From Dipteris shenzhenensis (Eukaryota): a DNA stretch of 64,000 nt. The stretch is from assembly GCA_047967505.1 (NCBI GenBank), contig CM106538.1; one strand, 5' to 3'. A program made the translations under genes and the position numbers. How positions within the stretch are numbered: the stretch's first letter is position 1; each line of letters starts with the position of its first letter. Positions 26,047 to 37,329 of this stretch are shown one piece after another. The notes beneath the pieces were generated by a model, which saw nothing but the letters and a program-made list of their open reading frames with translations, made no database searches and had not been told where the DNA came from.

Positions 26047-26799
26047 ATGGATCTTGCATTGATTATATGAGAAAAAGTCATTTCATGAAACAAAGCCACA
26101 ATAGATCATGAAGGAATGTATTTTTAACACTAAAAAGGAAATGCATGTTAATTGTATGGACATGTCTCAAATAGTATTTGGGATAGTAGTCATGCACTAT
26201 GAAAGTAATTGTAAGCATGAAATTTATAACACATGTTATATTAACTCAAAGGAATCTAGCATAGTAATTATGTGCATTGATTAAATGAAATATTTTGCAT
26301 GAGGATTCAAATCACATATTATTTGTATGCAAAATCGTAAATGGATTTTATATAATGTCCATTTGAGACATATGAAAGTGCCTTTTTCATGCATATGAAT
26401 GTCTAGGTCTCTATAGATACTTGATTGAAATGTAAATAATCACTTTGGTTATTTGCATATGTTTTAAATTGCAAGATTGCAAATTGGAGGAGAATGGATC
26501 AAGAATGTCCAACAGCAACAAAGAAGAAGAAAAAGAACAAGAGATAGTAGCTTGCAGAAAGAGGTATGGTAGCTTTTGTAAATGCCTTATCACAACATTG
26601 TAAAAATGGAAAGACTCACGCAAAATGATTTTGCAATCATCTAGTGAAGCGGTCTAATTAACTTCATACATAATGAGCTTCCATTTGAAAAAAAGAGAGA
26701 GGAAGAAAGAAGAAAACCTAGAAACATGACATAGAGATGGAAGTTAAACAGATTGATGCTAGAGGCATGTGGAGACAAGTTATATGCTTGAGACATCAG

Positions 26800-27100
26800 T
26801 TAGGTCAAGGGTTTGGAAGGTGGCGATTCTCTCTGAATAAGCCTGTGAGCTACTGTGGTTTTTTATACGTTGGTACTACATGCCATTGTGTGAGTTGATT
26901 AGCATGGAAGATTATTGGATCCAATATTAGGTATCAATGCTTCCACATGGGTTAGTTCAAGGTGTGTGGTAGGTGGAAATTCTCTCTAAAATAAGCCCGT
27001 GAGCTTCTGTGTTTTTTTATACATTGGTACTACTTGCTATTGTGTGAGTCGATTAGCATGGAAGACTATTGGATCTAATATTAGGTATCAAAGCTTCCAC
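26800..27100 (+). repeat. ~152-bp tandem duplicate of an LTR-U5 end plus decayed PBS
   Basis: Two diverged copies, each ending ggatc(c/t)aatattaggtatcaa(t/a)gc, which resembles ..ccaaca-tggtatcagagc. Confidence 0.6.
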
Positions 27101-27129
27101 AATGCGTTTCAAAACATCATTAACAAATT

Positions 27130-27540
27130 CTCCATGCCCCTATCATGAATTAGGTTTCGATACCAAATAACCTTGTATTAATGGAAAATAACATGAAAGC
27201 TTTAATGCACTAAAGAAAGTATTTGTTGAAGGGCATGCATTAAAGATTGTTGACCTCCAAAAAGGGTCTAAAACCCACTTTTCGAGCACTTTTTTTAGAA
27301 ACCAAGCCAAGTGGTAGTGTGGTAGGAGAAACTTTACTTTAAGAGGGAAGTCCAATAGCCTTTAAAAGCAAAAAGATTTCCTCCTCAATGTGTATGGCCA
27401 ACTCATGGATTGGAGTTGTATGCTATGATATGTGCTTTGAAAGTATGGAGGCATTATCTTTATAATTTCACATTTGATGTGGAAATTGACCACAATACTC
27501 TGAAGTCTTCTTACAAACAACTAAAGTTAGTGATGTCACA
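27130..27540 (+). pseudogene. Ty3/Gypsy RT-RNase H fragment
   Basis: Translates to LETKPSGSVVGETLL*EGSPIAFKSKK...ELYAMICALKVWRHYLYNFTFDVEIDHNTLK. Confidence 0.8.
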
Positions 27541-28433
27541 AATTTAGGGGAGAATTGGAGTCTCAAAAGTGCCTCATAAGGAATGGATTAAGCTAATACC
27601 AAGTGAACCCACAATGGTAACCCATGGGCTAAGGGTACCCTAGCATTTAATCAACTCACATGGGTACCTTTATTTTGAAATTGATCAACCTTGACCCTTG
27701 TATAGAGGTGGATGGTGGATGAATCAAAGGCCTAGGATGCTCAAATTGGTGGGAGGCACCTTTGGTGGGCTCCAAACTGGCAAATGCTGACAAAATAGAG
27801 GTGTAATAAAGGGGGATAGGTCACCATTTGTTGTGGACCATTAGATCTTAGATAGATCTAATGGTGGAGATCAAATAATCAAATGAAGGGCCTAGATTGA
27901 GGCGTATTTTGGAGGGTGTAGATGGAGCCATTGAGATCAACAATTGAGATTTACGTGCATAATGGATGGTGCAGATTTGAGCGCCTTTTTCTTCCATCTC
28001 CACCCTTGGATCTCCTAGAGATCAATGGCACGGATTCCAGCACCTTGATTTGCGACCAACAGAGCTGACATTGGCTTATTGTTTCTTGGAGTATTTTAGG
28101 TGGCTACTTCTAATTAAACCAAAGGAAAATATTTACCTTAATTTTGCACACACAAAAGAAAATCCTTAATAAGTCCTGCCTAACATCCTAGCAAAGTGTA
28201 GATGGAACAACAGGGACATGCTTGAAAACCAAAGCATTTCTGATGAGCCAAATCTTATGGACTATGATTGCATAGAGAGTTTGGATCTTACTAGCAAACA
28301 TGTCTAGAGTTATGTATTTACCTTAATTGGATGGGATCCCATTTCATGTCGATATGGCCTCTAGTGGCATGCCACATATGTATATCCTTGTGCAACCACC
28401 ACACTAGTCTTGAAACCAAGGAAAATGTATCAA

Positions 28434-28776
28434 GATCTAGATAGCAATGCACTTGAGAGATTATCACTTTTGGAGAGTGCTTTTCACCTTTAGTTTGAAT
28501 GAATACATAGATTCAATCATAGCTTGACCTTCAAAATTATCCTCATGTGGAGTATTTTTCCTCTCCATGAATATGTCGATTAAACCATAGCTATTTGGAA
28601 GGCACAAGAGACATCATGGAATAAGACGAGTAAGGCATATTATGGAGAAGGAGAAGACTTCATAGGAGGATAATTTTGAAGGTTAAACTATGGCCAACTC
28701 TGCAGATTCATTAAAACTGAAGGTGAAAAGCACTCTCCAAAAGTGATAATATCTCAACTACATTGCTAGCTTGATC
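28434..28776. mobile_element. Foldback element with ~110-bp inverted arms (Mutator-like MITE)
   Basis: 28434-28544 pairs with 28666-28776, for example ttatcacttttggagagtgcttttcacctt / aaggtgaaaagcactctccaaaagtgataa. Additional inner pairing at 28560-28578 / 28634-28652. Confidence 0.8.
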
Positions 28777-30716
28777 ATCATGAAATTGTCTCTTTCTCCT
28801 ATTGTTCACAAATATGGTTTGGTGGACAAGTTATGTTCTTCCCTAAACCAAGGAAAATGTATTTCCTTCACACCAGAACCAGTAAACTAAACTAATTTAA
28901 CTACTAGTAAACTAAAATAATTTAACTACTTGGAAAGACACAAATTTCAACCATCAGACTAGTCATCAATTATTTCGATTGCGATATATATTTCTATTTT
29001 CAATTTCTATAATTAGACAATAACAAAACTCAGTTTAGGATAATCACATTAATCATCTAAATTATATATTGTTGTGAAAACCACCGGGATGGTTATGGAC
29101 ATCGCACATTAAACTAATTTAGCTACTAGTAAACTAAACTAATGTAACTACTAGGAAAACAACACCACCGGGATGGTCATCAATTCCCACCATGCTAGCA
29201 TTGAATAGGTAAGAAATGGAGACTTATAATAATGATGGAGTGGAGAGCAAAATGATGGTGTGGTAAGGATTAAGTGGCAGCCCTCGGAGCTTGATTAGGA
29301 TTAAGTGTGATGACTTAATGTCATTGCGTTTCAGCCAATGGTCTTGTAGCCAATTAAATAGCCACTTGACTTGCATGATGGGATGACCATATGATTAACA
29401 AAGTTTGCAACTCTCTTAAGCCACCATGGTGACTGGAGTCTGGTGGTGCCATCCAAATAATCATGAGCCATCTTAATAAGCCACCTTAAAATAATCGAAA
29501 TTTGAGCCAACACAGTATGACTAGAGGCTTGGTGGTGCCATCCAAATAATCATGAGTCATGTTAATAAGCCACCATAAATTAATCAAAATCTGAGCCAAT
29601 GTGGTGACTAGAGGCTTGGTGGTGCCATGTAGCCTCGTTGACTTTAAATTTAAGTGGGTACTAGCTATTTAAGTGCCATGTGGCCTTGTCAACTTCACAT
29701 TGCTCCACCATCATCTCCCCTTCTTTGTCAACGTCATGTTGGTCTACCATAATCTCTACCACCCTCGTCGACTTCACACAGCTCTAGCCTCATTTCCCAC
29801 TCTTGTCTCTGACTCCATAGTCTCCCACCCTCATCCCCACCACCTTTATCAACTTCACACTAATCTACCCTTGTCTCTACCACCTTCGTCAACTTCACAT
29901 AGTTCCACCCTTCTCTCCTACTCCACCCTCCTCCTACTCAACCCTTGTCTCCACCCTTTGGCTATGTCCCACCTTCTGTTGATCTCATTCTTATTCCTAG
30001 CTATCTCCAAACCAGTGGTAGCTCTCTACCACATTCGTAAAGTGATTGAGATGCTAATGGACCTTAATTAGATGGGAAATCTTCTTGATTTGACCCACTT
30101 GACAACTGCATTTGATTCCTACACCAATGATGTTATTAGTGAATTCTATATGGGCCGCATAACCAGGCTAACCAGGCCAGAGAGACGATCTTGCGGGAGT
30201 TTTTACAACGTCATGCACAACTGAAAGTTGCCTTTAGAAAATTTGGGTAGCTCACTAGCTGAGTAGAGTGTCCAGTAAACAATTTTGGGTATCTATCTCG
30301 CCACTTTTATTGAGCTTTCTTGTGTTGACAAAACACTTAGCTCACCAACTGAGCTAACATTTCTATATATAACCTAAGCTTTTTGTAAGAAATTTTTGTA
30401 TATAAGCTTTGCTTTCTTTATAATAGGATTTTGATTTTAAGTTCTCTAGGGGGACATATAAGCCGAGCTTTCTTTCTAATAGGAATTTTGAATTTAAGTT
30501 CTCTAGGAGGACATACTAACCTAATCTTTCTTGTATTGACAGAATAGCAATGGAAATTATATCAATTAGATTTTTCCCCTCCTTCACAAATTAATGAGGT
30601 TTTTTTACAGAAATACTTTCTATATATTAATATAAGAAAAAAAGAAGATTATTCTTATAAGATATAGTTACAATGAAGGAGCAGACATTGCCTAATCATA
30701 AAGGTAAGACCCTCTC

Positions 30717-31090
30717 ATGGCTACCTTTAAAATAGAAAAATTCAATGGCCAAGGCTTCCACACTTGGCCAATGAAAATTAAATTTGTGCTTACGAAGGAG
30801 AATTCGTGGGATTTAGTCAAGCCAAGGAATTAGTCATCATCACAAGAGGGTGAATCCACCACAACCAAAGGAAAGGGGAAGGCAAGTGACTCTACTTCAA
30901 CAACATTAGTAGATGCTAAAAGGCTAGAGAAAGCCTATACAATTATTGCATTAGGTTTGGGAGATGATTACATGCATCATAATTCATATTTGTAATCTCC
31001 ATTCACTGAAGATGATGCAATGGATGTGCTCTTGAAGAGTGTGCCTCATGATTTTGACTATGTTGTGACTACTTTGAAGAATCTTTCCCA
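30717..31090 (+). pseudogene. gag: Copia gag N-terminal fragment
   Basis: MATFKIEKFNGQGFHTWPMKIKFVLTKENSWDLVK... and EDDAMDVLLKSVPHDFDYVVTTL, with stops and a deletion. Confidence 0.75.
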
Positions 31091-31096
31091 GCCAAC

Positions 31097-31220
31097 ATAT
31101 GGCCCTTGAGGGGTCACCTTTAGGGGGAAGGGCCATATCTATCTAGTGGCATCCTGGATATTGTATAATGCATGTTGATATGGGCCTTGCCCCTAGAGGG
31201 GACCCCTCAAGGGCCGTATC
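31097..31220. repeat. Short inverted repeat (~45-bp arms)
   Basis: atatggcccttgaggggtcacctttagggggaagggccatatc / gatatgggccttgcccctagaggggacccctcaagggccgtat. It starts where the gag fragment stops. Confidence 0.75.
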
Positions 31221-31429
31221 ATCAATTGTATCTTCTAAAAGTTAATTGTATTTTTCTAGATGTATCTCCATGCAACCACCATGGTGGGTTGTTGGAGCTA
31301 TTTTAGCGCTATTTTGGTCCTAAACCAAGAAAAATGTAGTCCTACTTTAGTAGAATTTTAGTCCTTGTTGCAATAAATCCTAAATGAGGGAAAAAGTATT
31401 CCAAGCCATGGCGGTGACTGGAGGCCCGG

Positions 31430-32710
31430 TGGTATCTACATCCAATATCAGGTTATATAAAAATTAACAACAATTTATACTGAGAGCTTCATGGAGCAAA
31501 AATTAAACAAAATATCTTACATTTATTAAAACTCAGCAATTGTTGAGGGCCTTAAAGGCCAAAAGATTACATCTAGCGAGCATAACCACTCAACCATTGC
31601 TGAGTGGTTTATATAAAAATTAACAACAGTTTATATTGAGAGCCTCATGGAGAAAAAATTGAACAAAAGAGATTACATTTGTGAAAAATTAGCAATTGCT
31701 GAGAGCCTTAGAGGCCAAAAGATTACATCCACCAGTGAGCCAAAAGCTTGCTGAGAACCTTAGAGGCCAAAAGTTTACATCCAACCATTGCTGAGTAGAT
31801 ATGAGCCTCGTTGAGCAAGAGGATATTTGTACAACTCAGTATTGCCAATTGTTGATAGCAAGAGGATATTTTTACAACTTTGCCACCAGCCCTGCTTGCT
31901 ATATTTGAATTTTTTGGAGAGCCAATGGAGGAGACAATAGAGAGGCCAACCCCTCCCAACAATGAGATGAGAAAGCTCTGCTGTGAAATACTTAGCCCTT
32001 CTTCAACATCTCCAAGAAATCCATAGAGCACATCCATATAGAGGCCAGAGGTGTGCATGCCATTCAAGGTCGTAACATGTAAATGTGGGGGGAATCATTC
32101 AAGGGAACGAAGAGATTCCACAAGTGTGAGCACAAGTGGTATATATAAAAATTAACAATAGTCTATATAGAGAGCCTCATAAAGTAAAAATTGAACAAAA
32201 GAGATTACATTTATAAAAACTTGGAAATTGTTGAGAGCCTTAGAGGCCAAAAGATTGCATCCAGTGAGCCAAAATACTGCTAAGAGCCTTAGAGGCCAAG
32301 AGACTACATCTAGCCATTACTGAGTGGTTATGAGCCTCGTTGAGCGTTGAGCAAGAGGATATTTGTATATCTGAGTATTGCCAATTGCTGCTGATATTAG
32401 TATAACTCAGTATTGTCGCTAGCCCAGCTTGCTACATTCAAATTTTTTGGGGAGCCAATGGAGGAGACGGCGAGGAGACGGCCAAGCACATTGCACAAAT
32501 GTAGGACTCAAATAAGGCCCCCCAACAAGACAAGAGTACTCTACTATGAAAATCCTTAGCCCTTCATCAACGTCTCTAGGGAAACGATAGAGCACAGCCA
32601 TATAGAGGCCAAAGGTGTGCATGCCATTCAAGGTAGTGACATGCAGATGTGGGGGGAATCGATCAAGAGAACAGAGAGATTCCACGAGAGCAAGCATTTG
32701 AAGTCCTAAT
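31430..32710. repeat. Diverged duplicated block with internal gagagccttagaggccaaaagattacatc tandems
   Basis: ~31450-32130 resembles ~32140-32700. Both carry a minus-strand peptide NGMHT(S/F)GLYM.VLY.F..DV.EGL. Confidence 0.7.
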
Positions 32711-34024
32711 GAATGCAACACAATGACCTTATATATGAGAAGGCAGACAAGATTGGGATCACCTTACATCGAGGGGTGATAGTAGTAATAGGCATGGTCA
32801 AAAGAGTGGATGAGTAGTGGAACAAATGAGCAGGGGAGTAGATGATTGAATGAGAGTTGGAACTTGGTGCAAATGAGTGAATGAGAGTTGGAGGAGGGAG
32901 TGTGGAACAAAGTAGGGCAAGGGCAGAAGAGAGCTAGAGGAGGGTGCATGAAGAAAAGTAGCAGAGTAAGGAGGACGGATGAGAGCAAATATCCAAATGC
33001 CAAATATCATAAATCTTATATATATTACAAATTTTGAGCCACCGTGGTGACTAGAGGCCCGGTGTGCCATCCAAATAATCATGAGCCATTTTACAGTAAA
33101 GTAGCCACATGCCAAATGCCATAGACCTTATATTAATCAAAGTTTGAGCCACTGCGGTGAATAGAGGCTCGGTGTGCCATCCAAATAATCATGAGTCATT
33201 TTAAACCGCCACCTTAATTAATCAAAATATGGGGAGGGTGCCATCCAAATTTAATCATGAGCCATTTTAATTGCGAGCCACCGCAGTGGTTAGTAATTAA
33301 CTACCAACCCATAGGCATCACCCCAGATGCCACCTCGACACTGACGGGAGTGGTAATTAATTAAGACATGGCTGGTAATCATGAAGCAGATGCCACCATC
33401 TTGGTAATTGACTATGGTAATTAATTACACTCTACTGAGCATGCAACCCCAATGATTGGTAATTAATTCCACTTTACTGATCATGCAAACCCCATGGTGG
33501 TAGTTGGTAGGTGAGTAATTGCATGCCACTAGAGTGGCTAGTAATTAAATGCCAGCCCGATGGAATCTTAGCCGCCACCACAAACGTGGCTAGTAATCTT
33601 AGATGCCACCTCGGAGCCACCACCATTAGCAAGAGGTGGCAGTAATTAGCACAAACATAAATCATGAAGCCTAATCACCTCATTATCATGCAAGCACAGT
33701 GACTGGCAATTAACTACACTCTACTAATCATGCAAGCCTGGTGGTGGTAACTGGCAGGTGAGTAATTACGGGCCACTACTATGGCAGGTAATTAACTACC
33801 ATCCGAGTGGAATCTTAGCCGCCACCATAGATGTGGTTGGTAATCTTAGACACCATCTCACAAGAATCTTAAATGCCACCACCAGTGGAAGGTGGCAATA
33901 ATTACCACAGATGTAAATCATGAGGCCTAATCACCTCTAATCACTCATTACCATGCAAGGTAGTACTGTTGCCTCGAATTAATCAAAATTCGAGCCAACC
34001 AGCATGGTGGCTCTCACCTTGACA

Positions 34025-34265
34025 GTTCCATTCCCTTCACTATTTCGTATGATATCCATCCCACTGGTAGTTTCTTTCTCCCTTGCAATTGGGCTACAAA
34101 CTTAAGCCTTCACTATTCCATTCCCTTCACTATTTTGTCTTCTATCCCTCTTGACCGTTTCTTTCTCCCTTGCACTCGGATTGCAAACTTAAGCCTCCAC
34201 TATTCCATTTCCTTCACTTTTTTGTCTTCTATCCCTCTCGGCTATTTCTTTCTCCCTTGCACTCT
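34025..34265. repeat. Three copies of a degenerate ~85-bp tandem repeat
   Basis: ccattcccttcactattt...tttctttctcccttgca...caaacttaagcc recurs three times. Confidence 0.7.
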
Positions 34266-35299
34266 TCCTACAACTTCTATCCCCCCTCGTAATGGATCCC
34301 CCTAGACACATTGAGCTCCAAAACAATTCTTTATCAATACCAAAACCTTTTGCCAGTGCAGAGAACAATGGTGCGTGATGTGATATTCTCATGCCAGAAT
34401 AGTGTGCCATGAAGAAACATTGCCTCTGCAATCTTCTCTTTCAAAAATTATTTGGTTAATATTTCCTCCTCAAGAGATCTTTGAAAGATTTTGCATTAAA
34501 AAGGGCCCTTTTTAAAGAACTTTTATAAGTGCTTTACTCATGATAAAAGGAATTTCTAAAATGACCCAAAAAATCTATATTTCTCCAAACTCATATAACA
34601 AAAACATTCCATAAATGACATGATTTTTTAAAGAAAATAGATTCAACATAATCATGAAAATATCATTGTGCTATTTTTGGAAGTAAGGATCAAAGACTAT
34701 ATTTTAAAATCAAACAAGCCATTGAAAAGTGATCATTAATAAGTAACAACAAAATGTCTTCTTATACATTTTCAAAATCGACTACTCTTCATGACTTTCT
34801 AGAGCATCATTATCATTGGTGTCATTGGTTTTATCCCCAGATGAAGTGGAAGCATCTTCCTCTACAATATCAATAATAACATTTAAATAAATGCCAAACA
34901 TCAAGTTAAGAACTTTTTTTCCCCCAAAAAATGAGGGTTTAGTTAAGCACTTTTAGAAGCTAAATCGGACATTCTTGAAGGATTTGAAGCTTAAACTCGA
35001 TGCAAGGCAAGCTAAATCGGACATTCTTGAAGGATTTAAAGCTCAAACTCGATGCAAGGCATTGACTACAAGCTTAAAGACGATGTCCAACATCAAGTCA
35101 AAGCGTCAACTCAATATTTGTCATTAAGCCAAAGCTTCAACTCTATCTTTGACATCTAGTTTAAGATTGCACCTAATATCCGACATCGAGTTCAAGATTA
35201 AACTCACTATCAAATGATATAATGACTTGGCAGACTAGTGCCTATGAGTAAAGTTATCCTTTATCATGATGTTTTGCATTGACACAACAAGTCATCTCT

Positions 35300-35800
35300 T
35301 CCAATAGAAAAGTAGCACTCACTATTTTGATCATAACTTTTGATCCCAAACTTTGATTGACGAGTTTTTTGATGCATTAAAAATATTGAATTCGATCTAC
35401 AACTTTGTAGAAGAGGTTGGAATCTTAATCCATGATCTACTAGATTGTAATTTAATTTACGCAATCTAAGTCTCCTCTTCGAGGAAAAAAATAGTAGTCA
35501 GTATTCCCAAAATAATAGTTCTAATGAATTAGAAATATTGAATTGCTATATACAACTTTTTAGAAAAGGTCAAAATATGTCCATGATCTATTAGGCTGAA
35601 AATTTGATTTACGTAATCTAAGTCTCCTCTTCCAAGAAAAAAGTAGCAGTCACTATTTTAATCATAACTTTTGCTCCCAAACTCAAATTGGAGATCTTTT
35701 TGATGCATTAGAAAGCTTGGATTTCTATTTACAGCTTCCTAGAAGAGGTCAAAAACTCGATCCATGATCTTTTAGGTTGAAATTATGATTTACACAATCT
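35300..35800. repeat. Degenerate tandem of ataactttt...ctacaactttgtagaagagg...tccatgatct units, probably from a DNA transposon
   Basis: Three related copies sharing tccatgatct, tacgcaatctaagtctcctcttc and cataacttttg. Confidence 0.65.
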
Positions 35801-36399
35801 GAAGATGTGCTTTAGGGGATGTCCGTAAATGAAAATCGGGTGTGCAAGTACCAAGTTAACCTCCAACTCAATATTTTACATCAAGTTGGAGGTTACTTGA
35901 TGCAAAGTGAAATAAAGTACTCTCACAATTGATTTTCACTTAAGGAGAGCTTTTTGCATGCCTTTTGCCATCCCCTTCTCCATTTAATTGCACCTCTTGT
36001 CTGCACCATCCCCCTCTCCCCTAGCTACTCCATCCCATCCCTTACTTGGATGTTACATCCCCTCTTATTTCATCCATCCACTCATCACCCCTATACTAGC
36101 CCCTCCTTGCTACACCTACTTGCCCCTACCCCCTACACCCTTGCGCCCACTACGGCCATGCTCGCCCTGCGTCCTCATGTCCCTACTCACCCTATGCCCC
36201 TAGGCCCCTGATTGCCTTGCGCCCCTGCACCCATACCCCCTGTGTCCCCTAGCTATGCCCTTCCTCACTACCTATTTGCATCCCTTTGCCTCGTGGTTAC
36301 ATCCCTTGGTAGTGCCACTAGTTTAATTACAATATAAGCATGGAAAACTGATAATATCGCTTTGTAAATCAAATTATGAAACAAAAATTACAATTGAAT

Positions 36400-37200
36400 A
36401 TTATGTTCATGCTCAAACTTGTGTTTAGACATAAAATTTAAGCACTAACTTGATGTTAAACATGAAATTCAATGTTTTACATGAAGCCTAGGCTTTAACT
36501 TGATGCAAAACATCAAATTGAACCTTGAACTTGATGTTTTACATCAAGTCTGAGCTTCAACATGTTGCATCAATTTGAAGCTTCAACTCGATGCAGCACA
36601 TCGAAGCCCTTGTGCCCCTACTCGCCCCTATGCCCCCTTTGCCCCTACACCCCCTGTGCCTCTACTCGTCATTGTGCCCCTATGCCCCTTGTACCCCTAC
36701 ACCCCCTAGCTGTGCAACTGCTCAACACTTGGATGCACCCCCCCACCCCTAGTTGCACCCCCTGGCTGTGCAACTAGTTTGATTACAATATAACCAGGGA
36801 AACTTAGTAATATTTCCTTATAAATCAAATTATGATACAAAATTACAATTGAATATTAAGTTCATTCTTGAACTTGACCTTAGACATCAACTTTAAGATT
36901 CAACTTGATGTCACACATAAACTTCAATGTTTTACATCAAGTCTAGGCTTCAACTTGATTCGAATCATCAAATTGAACCTTCAACTTGATGTTTTACATC
37001 ATGTTTAGACCTTAATTTGATGTTTTTCATCAGTCAAAGCTTTAATTCAATGCAAATCATAGAATTAAAGCTTTAATTTAATCTCAATTTAATGCAAATC
37101 ATAGAATTAAATCTTCAACTTGATGCAAAACATTGAATTAAAGATTCAACTTGATGTAAAACATCTAATTGAAGATTTAAATTGATGTAAAACTTGATGT
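36400..37200. repeat. Arrays of a ~30-bp unit with an internal palindrome (aacttgatg-t/a-acatcaagt)
   Basis: Two blocks (~36410-36605 and ~36860-37200), each preceded by a C-rich tract and a shared actagttt..attacaatata lead-in. Related units occur at 34960-35210. Confidence 0.75.
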
Positions 37201-37329
37201 TACATGGTAGTTTATACATAATAATTTATCGGCATGTTTTTAAAATCAAAGCACTAATTTCCCCTAATTTTGAGAGAATCTTTATGGAGAAACATTTGCA
37301 ATTACCCAAGCAATCCATAATAGTGTTAA

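Noticed and set aside
36400-37200. CRISPR-like array of palindromic repeats
   Set aside because: The units are degenerate tandems without unique spacers, there are no cas genes, and the context is eukaryotic.
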